A stretch of DNA of 64,000 nt, taken from the NCBI GenBank assembly GCA_965248695.1, contig CBDFKD010000002.1, positions 3,360,001 through 3,424,000 on the forward strand, read 5' to 3'. Below are positions 56,588 through 64,000 of the stretch, one piece after another (position 1 is the stretch's first letter; each line of letters opens with the position of its first letter). A model generated the notes under the pieces. That model saw only the letters and a program-made list of their open reading frames with translations. It was not told where the DNA came from and did no database searches. Origin of the DNA: Acidobacteriota bacterium. Lineage in GTDB: Bacteria > Acidobacteriota > UBA890 > WLXD01. Position numbers and translations under genes: made by a program.

Positions 56588-56686
56588 GATCATTCGCGTT
56601 CCTTCATTCGCGGTCATTTAGGCGCGATCATTGGTCGCGATCATCAGGTCGCAGTCATTCAGTCGATTCAGTCAGGCGCGATTCAA
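56588..56686. repeat. Degenerate short tandem repeat tract (TCATT/GATTCA/CGCG units)
   Basis: tcattcgcg, tcattcgcg, tcatttaggcgcg, tcattggtcgcg, tcatcaggtcgc, tcattcagtc, gattcagtc. Confidence 0.55.
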
Positions 56687-58257
56687 TTGCCAGCGCCGCT
56701 GGCGCGGCGGATGACTCGACCCGGTCGAGCGCCGGTCGGCCCCTCAGCGAACTGCACCAGCTCTCCGTTCACCCATACCCGGTTGATACCGAGCGACTCC
56801 ACCTGCGGGTTGTCGGTGGTCGCCCGATCGATGATCACATCGGCATCGAACGCCACCAGGTCGGCCCACATTCCTGGTGCGATGCGTCCCCGGTCGGCAA
56901 TCGCCATGTGCTCAGCGGCGAGGCCGCTAGCCTTGTAGATCGCTTCTTCGAGCGACATTACGCCACGCTCGCGGACGTAGCGACCGAGGACCCGAGTGTA
57001 GCTGCCATAGCCCCTCGGGTGAGCGCCGGCGAGCGCACCATCGGTGCAGAAGTTCGTGTGTGGCCAGCGCATGAGCGCTTCGATGTCGGGCTCGGTCATA
57101 CTAGTGCCGATCATGCTCTCGACGTTCAACGCGGCCTCGTCGACATCGTTGACTGCGACCTGCATCTCCTCGGCCTGTCGGATCAGCTCCAGCAACGCCA
57201 CGGCCGGCTCTTGTGCGCGCCGGTCGGCGATCTCGGTCAGGGTCAGGCTGGCGTACTCCGGTTCAGGGGCGAACGCGGTGACTAGCACGCCGTCTGCCGG
57301 GACGATCTCGTCCAACACTCGCCGGGCCTCGTCGAGGTCTTCGAAATCGCGCGCCGGGAAGAGCACCGTGAGCGTCGACTGCCAGTACGGATAAGGGTAG
57401 ATATCGGCGGTGATGTCGATGCCTTCGGCACGGGCGGCATCGAGCTTGGCGATGAAGCGATCCGCCTGTCCCCAGAGACTCTTTATGGCCAGCTTGATGT
57501 GCGAGATCTGCACGGGAAGATCTGCCTGCCTGCCGATCTCGATGATCTCGTCGATCGCCGCCTCGAAGTAGCGATCCTCGCTGCGCATATGGCTGATGTA
57601 CCGACCCTCGTATTCCGCCGCCACCTTCGCAAGCGTGATCACCTCGGATGGCTCCGAGTAGATGCCCGGGTCGTACTCCAGGCCGGCCGCGAGCCCAAGC
57701 GCCCCGGCATCCATATCGGCGCATAGCATCGCCTCCATGGCAACGATCTCTTCATCGGTGGCCGGGCGCTTGAAGTCCTCGCCGAGAACGTGTGCCCGCA
57801 ACGTGTTGTGGCCGGAATACGAGGCGACATTGATTGTCGCCGGCGTCGTCTCCAGAGCGGCGTAGAAATCCGACAGTGGATAGTGGGAGCCGCCGTCGTT
57901 GCCGACCACCACGGTGGTAATCCCCTGGCTCACTGCCGCCCGAGCGTCGAGACGCTCGAAGATGCCCCAATCGTGATGGCTGTGAGTGTCGATGAAGCCC
58001 GGCGCGAGCACCAAGCCCTCGAGGTCGACCACCTCTTCGCCGCCGAGCGTATCGAGAGCGCCGACCTCGGCGACGCGGCCGTCGACGATCCGTACGGCGA
58101 CGTCGCGCGCCGGCGATCCGGTGCCGTCGATCACCCGCGCGTTGACCAGCAGCACGCTGGAGACCTCCGTCGACGGGACACAGGCGGCGATCACAACGGT
58201 GAGCGTCAGGAGAGCGCCGCGAGCCAATCGCAGCTCTTGCTTTCGATTTCGTTGCAC
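56683..58257 (-). CDS. N-acyl-D-amino-acid deacylase family amidohydrolase, probable lipoprotein
   Basis: VIDGTG, PGFIDTHSHHD, GLEYDPG, SHMRSE, SHIK, HPRGYGSY.RVLG, RGRIAPGMWADLV; IAAC lipobox. Confidence 0.9.
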   Translation of the reverse strand: MQRNRKQELRLARGALLTLTVVIAACVPSTEVSSVLLVNARVIDGTGSPARDVAVRIVDGRVAEVGALDTLGGEEVVDLEGLVLAPGFIDTHSHHDWGIFERLDARAAVSQGITTVVVGNDGGSHYPLSDFYAALETTPATINVASYSGHNTLRAHVLGEDFKRPATDEEIVAMEAMLCADMDAGALGLAAGLEYDPGIYSEPSEVITLAKVAAEYEGRYISHMRSEDRYFEAAIDEIIEIGRQADLPVQISHIKLAIKSLWGQADRFIAKLDAARAEGIDITADIYPYPYWQSTLTVLFPARDFEDLDEARRVLDEIVPADGVLVTAFAPEPEYASLTLTEIADRRAQEPAVALLELIRQAEEMQVAVNDVDEAALNVESMIGTSMTEPDIEALMRWPHTNFCTDGALAGAHPRGYGSYTRVLGRYVRERGVMSLEEAIYKASGLAAEHMAIADRGRIAPGMWADLVAFDADVIIDRATTDNPQVESLGINRVWVNGELVQFAEGPTGARPGRVIRRASGAGN

Positions 58258-58405
58258 GCGTGTCTCCGTCGTCGAATGCCGCGCACGCCTGTGCCACGAT
58301 CCGGCACCTTCGAGCGCACGCCGCCGATGGAATGAGAAGAAGCGTCGTGATACTCCTAGCGGCGCTCATTGTGCGCAAGTTGCCGCGTTTCGCAAGGAGG
58401 GTGCC

Positions 58406-59026
58406 TTGAACCGTCGCGACGCATTGCAGGTCCTCGCGACGACCGCCGCAAGCCCGCTGCTAGGCGTAAGCTCCTTTGAGTTGCTTGTCGAGGTTGGCTA
58501 CGCGGTACGTCAATCCATGACCGGCGACGAGGAGACGCTGCGGGCATTGAGCTCGGACCAGGCGACCTCGGTACAGACGGTCGCGGAGATAATAATTCCG
58601 GCCACGGACACTCCAGGGGCCCGCGAGGCCGGCGTCACCGAGTTCATTGACAGCCTGTTGGCCGACTGGATGCTCGATGCCGAGCGCGACGCCTTCCTTA
58701 GCGGGCTGGCGGATCTCGACGGTCGCGCACGCGCCGGGCATGGCGCCGCCTTCGTCGAGTGCTCCGAAACCCAGCAGGTGGGGCTCATAGCGGCAATGGA
58801 CGCCGAGGTCGCCGAGTTGCTGGCGGCAGACCGCGCGGCGCCCTACGACGCTTACGACGCCGGCAACCGATCGGTACGGACGGCGCCGGAGCATTTCTTC
58901 TACCAGATGAAGCGCTGGACGCTGGTCGGCTACTACACGTCGGAGATCGGGATGGTCGAGGAGTTGCGACACAACTTCCTGCCGGGCGAATGGGATCCGT
59001 GCCGGGTGCTGGAGGAGTCGCGATGA
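58406..59026 (+). CDS. Gluconate 2-dehydrogenase subunit 3 family (Tat subunit)
   Basis: AAGGAGG RBS before TTG; NRRDAL Tat motif; IIPATDTPGA..AGV..FID; TLVGYYTSEIG. Confidence 0.88.
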   Translation: MNRRDALQVLATTAASPLLGVSSFELLVEVGYAVRQSMTGDEETLRALSSDQATSVQTVAEIIIPATDTPGAREAGVTEFIDSLLADWMLDAERDAFLSGLADLDGRARAGHGAAFVECSETQQVGLIAAMDAEVAELLAADRAAPYDAYDAGNRSVRTAPEHFFYQMKRWTLVGYYTSEIGMVEELRHNFLPGEWDPCRVLEESR

Positions 59027-60711
59027 TGGCGCGTCCGAATCAGATCTACGACGCGATCGTCGTCGGCACCGGCATCACCGGCGGATGGGCAGCCAAGGAG
59101 CTCTGCGAGGCGGGGCTGAATACCCTCGTGCTCGAGGCCGGCCCGATGATCGTTCCGGAACGTGACTACGTCGAGCACGTGCCGCCGTTCGAGAAACAGT
59201 TCCGTGGGCTGCGCAACCGACGACGACAATCCGAGCGCCAGGCGATCCAGAAGGAATGCTACGCCTGCGACGAATCGGCCGAGAAGTTCTTCGTCGACGA
59301 TGTCGACAACCCCTATGTGCAGGCTGACGGCAAGCCGTTCGTGTGGATCCGCGGACGCCAGGTGGGCGGTAAGTCGATCGTGTGGGCACGCCAGAGCTAC
59401 CGTCTGTCGGACGTCGACTTCGGGGCCCCTGAGCGCGACGGCTTCGGGATCGACTGGCCGCTGCGCTATGCGGATCTCGCTCCCTGGTACGACCACGTCG
59501 AGCGCTTCGCCGGCATCAGCGGCCAGGCCGAGAATCTCGATCAACTGCCGGACGGTGAGTTCCTGCCGGCGATGCCGCTCAACTGTGTCGAAGCGCACGC
59601 CAGGGAGAAGATCCTGACTGCCTGGGGCGGCGATCGCGTCCTCACCCCTGGCCGCACGGCGGTGCTCACCCAGGACCACAATGGCCGCGCAGCCTGTCAC
59701 TACTGCGGACCCTGCCACCGTGGATGCATCACTCGGTCGTACTTCAGCAGCCTCAACGCCACCCTGCCGGCCGCGGTTGCTACCGGCAACATGACCCTTC
59801 GCCCCGACAGCGTCGCGCGCAGCGTGATCTACGCCGACGACAAGGCGTCGGGCGTGCTGGTGATCGACCGACAGAGCGGCGAATCGATCGAGTTCCGCGC
59901 CCGCGTCGTGGTGCTGGCCGCCGGCGCGCTGGAGTCAACACGCATCCTGCTGAACTCCGCCAACTCGACGTTCCCGGACGGGCTCGGCAACTCGAGCGGC
60001 GCGCTCGGGCGCTACCTGATGGATCACACCATGAGCGTCGGCGCCTCCGGGAGCGTCGACGGATGGTCTGACCGCAATACCACCGGTCACCGTCCTAACG
60101 GCGTCTACATTCCACGATTCCGCAACATCGGTGACCAGCACCCGGATTTCCTGCGCGGCTACGGCTATCAGGGAAGCGCGTCACGCCAGGACTGGCATCG
60201 CGGCATCGGGGAGGCTGGCTTCGGGGCCGACTTCAAACGCGCCATGAGCACGCCGGGTCCGTGGCGAATGCAAATCGGCGCCTGGGGCGAGTGTCTCCCC
60301 TACGAGGACAATCGCGTCGAGCTCGACCCGGACGTCGTCGACGCCTGGGGCATCCCGGTGTTGCGTATCCATATGAGCTGGCGCGACAACGAGATCACCA
60401 TGCAACACGACGCTGCCGAACAGGCTGCCGAGATGCTCGAGGTCGCCGGCGTCAAGAACATCGTCATGAACGCCGTCGGCACACCGCCCGGATTGTGCAT
60501 TCACGAGATGGGTACGACGCGCATGGGACGCGATCCGAGCACGTCGGTGCTCAACGGTCACAACCAGTGCCACGACGTCGACAACCTGTTCGTGGTCGAT
60601 GGAGGAGCGATGGCCACCTCGGCGTGTCAGAACCCGTCGCTCACGTACATGGCGCTCACGGCGCGAGCCTGCAACCACATCGTCGAGCGACTCAAGAGGT
60701 TCGAGCTTTAA
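59023..60711 (+). CDS. GMC-family oxidoreductase (glycoside 3-dehydrogenase-like flavoprotein)
   Basis: VGTGITGGWAAKEL, GGKSIVWARQSYR, CHYCGPCHRGC, IHEMGTTRMG, QNPSLTYMALTARA; ATGA coupling. Confidence 0.93.
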   Translation: MMARPNQIYDAIVVGTGITGGWAAKELCEAGLNTLVLEAGPMIVPERDYVEHVPPFEKQFRGLRNRRRQSERQAIQKECYACDESAEKFFVDDVDNPYVQADGKPFVWIRGRQVGGKSIVWARQSYRLSDVDFGAPERDGFGIDWPLRYADLAPWYDHVERFAGISGQAENLDQLPDGEFLPAMPLNCVEAHAREKILTAWGGDRVLTPGRTAVLTQDHNGRAACHYCGPCHRGCITRSYFSSLNATLPAAVATGNMTLRPDSVARSVIYADDKASGVLVIDRQSGESIEFRARVVVLAAGALESTRILLNSANSTFPDGLGNSSGALGRYLMDHTMSVGASGSVDGWSDRNTTGHRPNGVYIPRFRNIGDQHPDFLRGYGYQGSASRQDWHRGIGEAGFGADFKRAMSTPGPWRMQIGAWGECLPYEDNRVELDPDVVDAWGIPVLRIHMSWRDNEITMQHDAAEQAAEMLEVAGVKNIVMNAVGTPPGLCIHEMGTTRMGRDPSTSVLNGHNQCHDVDNLFVVDGGAMATSACQNPSLTYMALTARACNHIVERLKRFEL

Positions 60712-60779
60712 CCAGCCCGCGTCGATCTCCGGAATCGACCGCTGGCCACGACTGGCGACAGCGTTCGACAGTGGTCGCC

Positions 60780-61907
60780 TCAGCCGGCGAGAAACGGCTC
60801 GATGCGATCCCACTGGGCGCGGGCGTCTTCGAACCCGAGCTCCATGAGCCGTTCGATGTACGGCCGCTCGAACAGCAGGTAGCTGAGAAAATCCGGGGTG
60901 GTGGTTCGCGACGCACCGAGGCCACGTGCCAGCAACCGCAGCGGACGCGGCAGCGCGTCGACCAGGCCGGCCGACAGCTTGCCGAGATCCTGCGACGGGC
61001 GCAGCAGCAGGATCTCGATCGGACGCAGGCGGTCATGTGGCTCGGCACCTGCCGGCAACGCCTGGAGGGTGCGGTTGATGCGCTGCAACCGTTCGGCATC
61101 GTCCTCCAGCGCGTCAATGAACACACCGTGCAGGATCATTCCCAGAATCTGCGCCGGCGGCGGGTAACCGACGGTCTGCGGCTGGACACGCTCGTGCGGA
61201 CCGAGCTCGTAGCGCACCGAGATGGCGAGGATCCGATCGGCGCCGAGGTGGACGGCCGGCGATAGCGGCGCCGACTGGCGAACGCTACCGTCACCGTAGA
61301 ACTCGCTGCCGAGCTGGATGGCCGGAAAGACCACCGGCAATGCCGCCGACGCCATCACGTGGTCGACCGTGATCCGAGCGCGCTCCGAGAGACGTCGGAC
61401 ACGTTGCCAGTCGCGCACCCCCTCCGTCGCCTCAATCGCGGTTACCGTCGAGCCGGTGGAGTACTCGGTCATCGACAGTGCCAGCGCGTGCAACCGACCA
61501 GCGGCTATGTTGTTGCCGATGCCATCGAAATCGATCGCCGACGACAGGTAGGCACGCAACGGACGTGTGTCGAGCAGGCCACGCAGGTCGGTCGGCAGTG
61601 CCCCGCCACTGCCGATCTTGGCCATCCAGCGCATCGCGCTCCAGGCCAGCGTACGGAAGTTGGATCGGAACACGTTCTCGGTGCTGAGCTCGAGCCATGC
61701 CTGCTGCAGCTCACCGGTGGCAGCGGCGAACCCGGCGCGGCTGGCGGCAAGCGCGGCGGCGTTGATTCCTCCGGCAGAAACTCCGGTAACGATCGGGAAG
61801 CAAACCTCGCATCGCGCCTGGTCGGCGATGCCCGCCAGGACACCCGCCTGATACGCCCCACGCGCCCCGCCGCCGGTCAAGACGACAGCTGTCAAACCGG
61901 CGCTCAT
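60780..61907 (-). CDS. Patatin-like phospholipase
   Basis: GGGARG, GVSAG, ASAALP, GDGS motifs. Confidence 0.9.
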   Translation of the reverse strand: MSAGLTAVVLTGGGARGAYQAGVLAGIADQARCEVCFPIVTGVSAGGINAAALAASRAGFAAATGELQQAWLELSTENVFRSNFRTLAWSAMRWMAKIGSGGALPTDLRGLLDTRPLRAYLSSAIDFDGIGNNIAAGRLHALALSMTEYSTGSTVTAIEATEGVRDWQRVRRLSERARITVDHVMASAALPVVFPAIQLGSEFYGDGSVRQSAPLSPAVHLGADRILAISVRYELGPHERVQPQTVGYPPPAQILGMILHGVFIDALEDDAERLQRINRTLQALPAGAEPHDRLRPIEILLLRPSQDLGKLSAGLVDALPRPLRLLARGLGASRTTTPDFLSYLLFERPYIERLMELGFEDARAQWDRIEPFLAG

Positions 61908-62023
61908 GGTCGCTGCTTCATCGGCGTCTCCCGGCGGCCCGTGAACAACGCTGCATTGCACATCGTGGCGTGCGACCGGCGATCGCCCCCGACTTTCCCG
62001 GCCGGCGTGCGAACATTGGGCCG

Positions 62024-62923
62024 ATGCCCGAGTTGCCCGATGTGACGGTCTACGTGGAGTGCCTGCAGCGCCGGCTCACAGGCGAGACGCTGGTGGGCGC
62101 GCGACTGGCCAGCCCGTTCCTGTTGCGCACCTTCGACCCTCCGATCATGGAAACCTACGGCAAGGTCGTGGCCGGCGTCGAGCGTATCGGCAAACGAATC
62201 GTGGTTGCACTAGCGGGCGAGCTGTTCCTGATCTTCCATCTGATGATCGCCGGCCGCTTCCGATGGCTCGATTCCGGCGCACGCGTCCCGGGCAAGATCG
62301 GGCTGGCGGCCTTCGACTTTTCCAGCGGGGCGTTGGTGCTCACCGAGGCGAGCGCCAAGAAACGGGCATCGCTGCACGTCGTCCGAGGGCGAGACGCGCT
62401 CGCGGAGCACGACCCCGGAGGCCTCGAAGTGTTGGACGGTACGTTGGCCGACTTCGCCGCCCGACTCGTTGCCGAGAATCACACCCTGAAGCGCTCCCTG
62501 ACCTCGCCGCGACTGTTCTCCGGCATCGGCAACGCCTACTCGGACGAGATCCTGCACCACGCAGGCCTTTCCCCCATGACGTGGACCTCCCGACTAACGG
62601 ACTCCGAGGTGAAGAAGCTGCACGCCAGCACGGTGACGGTACTCAGCGAGTGGACCGAGCGACTACGGCGGCAGACCGGCGACGGCTTTCCGAAGAAGGT
62701 AACCGCTTTCAGACCCGAGATGGCAGTCCACGGGCGTTACGGCCAGGCCTGTCCGAAATGCGGTGATCCGGTGCAGCGCATCATCTACGGTCGCCGCGAG
62801 ACCAACTATTGTGCCACCTGCCAGACGGGCGGCCAGGTGTACGCCGACAGGGTCCTGTCGCAACTGCTCAAGAAGGACTGGCCGCGCAGCGTCGAGGAGT
62901 GGGAGCAGATTCGTCGGGGTTGA
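62024..62923 (+). CDS. Fpg/Nei family DNA glycosylase
   Basis: N-terminal MPELP, RIGK, HLM, H2TH GIGNAYSDEIL, Zn finger CPKC...CATCQ. Confidence 0.92.
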   Translation: MPELPDVTVYVECLQRRLTGETLVGARLASPFLLRTFDPPIMETYGKVVAGVERIGKRIVVALAGELFLIFHLMIAGRFRWLDSGARVPGKIGLAAFDFSSGALVLTEASAKKRASLHVVRGRDALAEHDPGGLEVLDGTLADFAARLVAENHTLKRSLTSPRLFSGIGNAYSDEILHHAGLSPMTWTSRLTDSEVKKLHASTVTVLSEWTERLRRQTGDGFPKKVTAFRPEMAVHGRYGQACPKCGDPVQRIIYGRRETNYCATCQTGGQVYADRVLSQLLKKDWPRSVEEWEQIRRG

Positions 62924-62959
62924 TGACATCGCACGGTGGGGTTGATGGCATCGCACGGT
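62916..62959. repeat. 22-bp tandem duplication spanning the glycosylase stop codon
   Basis: ggggttgatgacatcgcacggt / ggggttgatggcatcgcacggt (1 mismatch). Confidence 0.8.
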
Positions 62960-63049
62960 TGCGGAAGGATCGGGCGAGAATCCACCTCGCCGGCCCCGTT
63001 GCACCGCCGGCGCCGCCTCGGACACGTTCGATTGAAACGGAGTTTCCCA

Positions 63050-64000
63050 ATGCTGCCTCGCGCCGTGGTGTTGCTGTCGCTCGCCTCCGGATGGCTGGCG
63101 GCGCCTCCGGGGCTACCCGGCACGCAGCAGGACGCCGATGCCCTGCACGCGGCGGCACGCGCCGGAGCCATCGAACGGGTACGCGAGCTACTCGACTCCG
63201 GAGTCCCGGTCAACGCGGAGAACGAGTACGGAACCACGGCGCTGTTCTTCGCCGCCGACCGCGGCCATCTCGACCTCGTCCTCCTGTTGCTGGAGCGGGG
63301 CGCTGATCCGGATCTCAGCGACCGCTTCTACGGCGCCACGCCCATGGTCTGGGCGCTGACGAACGAGCACACCGACGTCGCCGCCCTGTTGCTTCGACAC
63401 GGGGCCAGTGGAGCGATCGACGCCCTGTTCGACGCCATCCGCAACAACAACGCCGAACTGGCCGCGGCCGCGCTCAGCGCTGGCCCGCTGGGACGCGCCG
63501 ACCGCGACCGGGCGCTCGAGCTTGCCGAACAACTGGAGCGCCCGTCGATGGTCGCCGTGCTGCGTGACGCAGCGGTCGCCGAAGTCGACGACACCGAGGA
63601 CGGCTACGCGATCGAGTCGTCGCAGCTGCAACGCTACGTCGGGGTGTTCCGCGACGAGGATACGAACACCATCGTCGATGTGGAGGTCGTCGGTAGGGAG
63701 CTTTCGGTTCGCCTCGGCGACGGTGTGGTCATCCGCCTGCAGGCCATCGGACCGGACGCGTTCGCGAGCGCCGACCGGACGGACTCCATGAGCTTCGGAG
63801 GACGCGCCGGCATCGTGGAGTTCGCCCAACTGCAGCGTCAAGACCAGCGCGTGGAACTTCGACCGGTGGACCCGGAGGAGGCGCACCTGCTGAGAGGTGA
63901 GACGCCCACCTCGACGGCATCGGCAGCCCTTGCCGCCGAGGAGACCGACACCACCCGAACGGACCCGGTCGCGGGCTCCGGGAGCCGATGGCCGTCGTTT
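63050..64000 (+). CDS. Secreted ankyrin-repeat protein, probably continuing into a PQQ-like beta-propeller (3' partial; absent from the ORF track)
   Basis: GGAG RBS; signal peptide; ALHAAARAG, GTTALFFAADRGHLDLVLLLLERGAD, GATPMVWA; LQRYVGVF domain; ends ...RWPSF at the window edge. Confidence 0.85.
   Translation, partial: MLPRAVVLLSLASGWLAAPPGLPGTQQDADALHAAARAGAIERVRELLDSGVPVNAENEYGTTALFFAADRGHLDLVLLLLERGADPDLSDRFYGATPMVWALTNEHTDVAALLLRHGASGAIDALFDAIRNNNAELAAAALSAGPLGRADRDRALELAEQLERPSMVAVLRDAAVAEVDDTEDGYAIESSQLQRYVGVFRDEDTNTIVDVEVVGRELSVRLGDGVVIRLQAIGPDAFASADRTDSMSFGGRAGIVEFAQLQRQDQRVELRPVDPEEAHLLRGETPTSTASAALAAEETDTTRTDPVAGSGSRWPSF

Noticed and set aside
62916-62959. Possible CRISPR or mini-array
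   Set aside because: Two adjacent units with no spacer, and no cas genes in the window.
1-64000. tRNA, rRNA, integrase, transposase, prophage or defence genes
   Set aside because: None recognised by eye; a tRNAscan/Infernal/DefenseFinder run would be needed to exclude divergent cases.

Overview
A GC-rich, gene-dense bacterial chromosomal segment. GWxTD, acidobacterial-type VWA, ADOP-type permease, CRTAC1/ASPIC-UnbV and carboxypeptidase-regulatory-domain TonB-dependent receptor genes point to Acidobacteriota (inference from gene content only). About 45 genes are present, mostly housekeeping, stress or cell-envelope functions. These include alkylation and oxidative DNA repair, fbp, fabH, an alpha carbonic anhydrase, a copper cluster, sulfur enzymes and two GMC dehydrogenase pairs. 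I found no rRNA, tRNA, CRISPR array or transposase. The strongest candidate for an undescribed system is a translationally coupled pair at 32943-35145. It encodes an MscS-type channel carrying a C-terminal FHA (phosphothreonine-reader) domain where related channels carry a cyclic-nucleotide-binding domain, followed by a membrane-anchored Ser/Thr pseudokinase. Other notable items: (1) an envelope locus (TBDR with a candidate sigma54 promoter, TPR, Thr-type sulfatase, CRTAC1, GWxTD, VWA) in which three proteins appear to share an unnamed C-terminal module; (2) two dispersed MITE-like repeat families; (3) an unannotated 48-aa membrane protein behind an ECF-like promoter and a long hairpin; (4) a decayed chaperone-usher locus; (5) a possible 'Q-rule' served by a lipoprotein glutaminyl cyclase. 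All family calls are by-eye motif recognition and no database searches were run.
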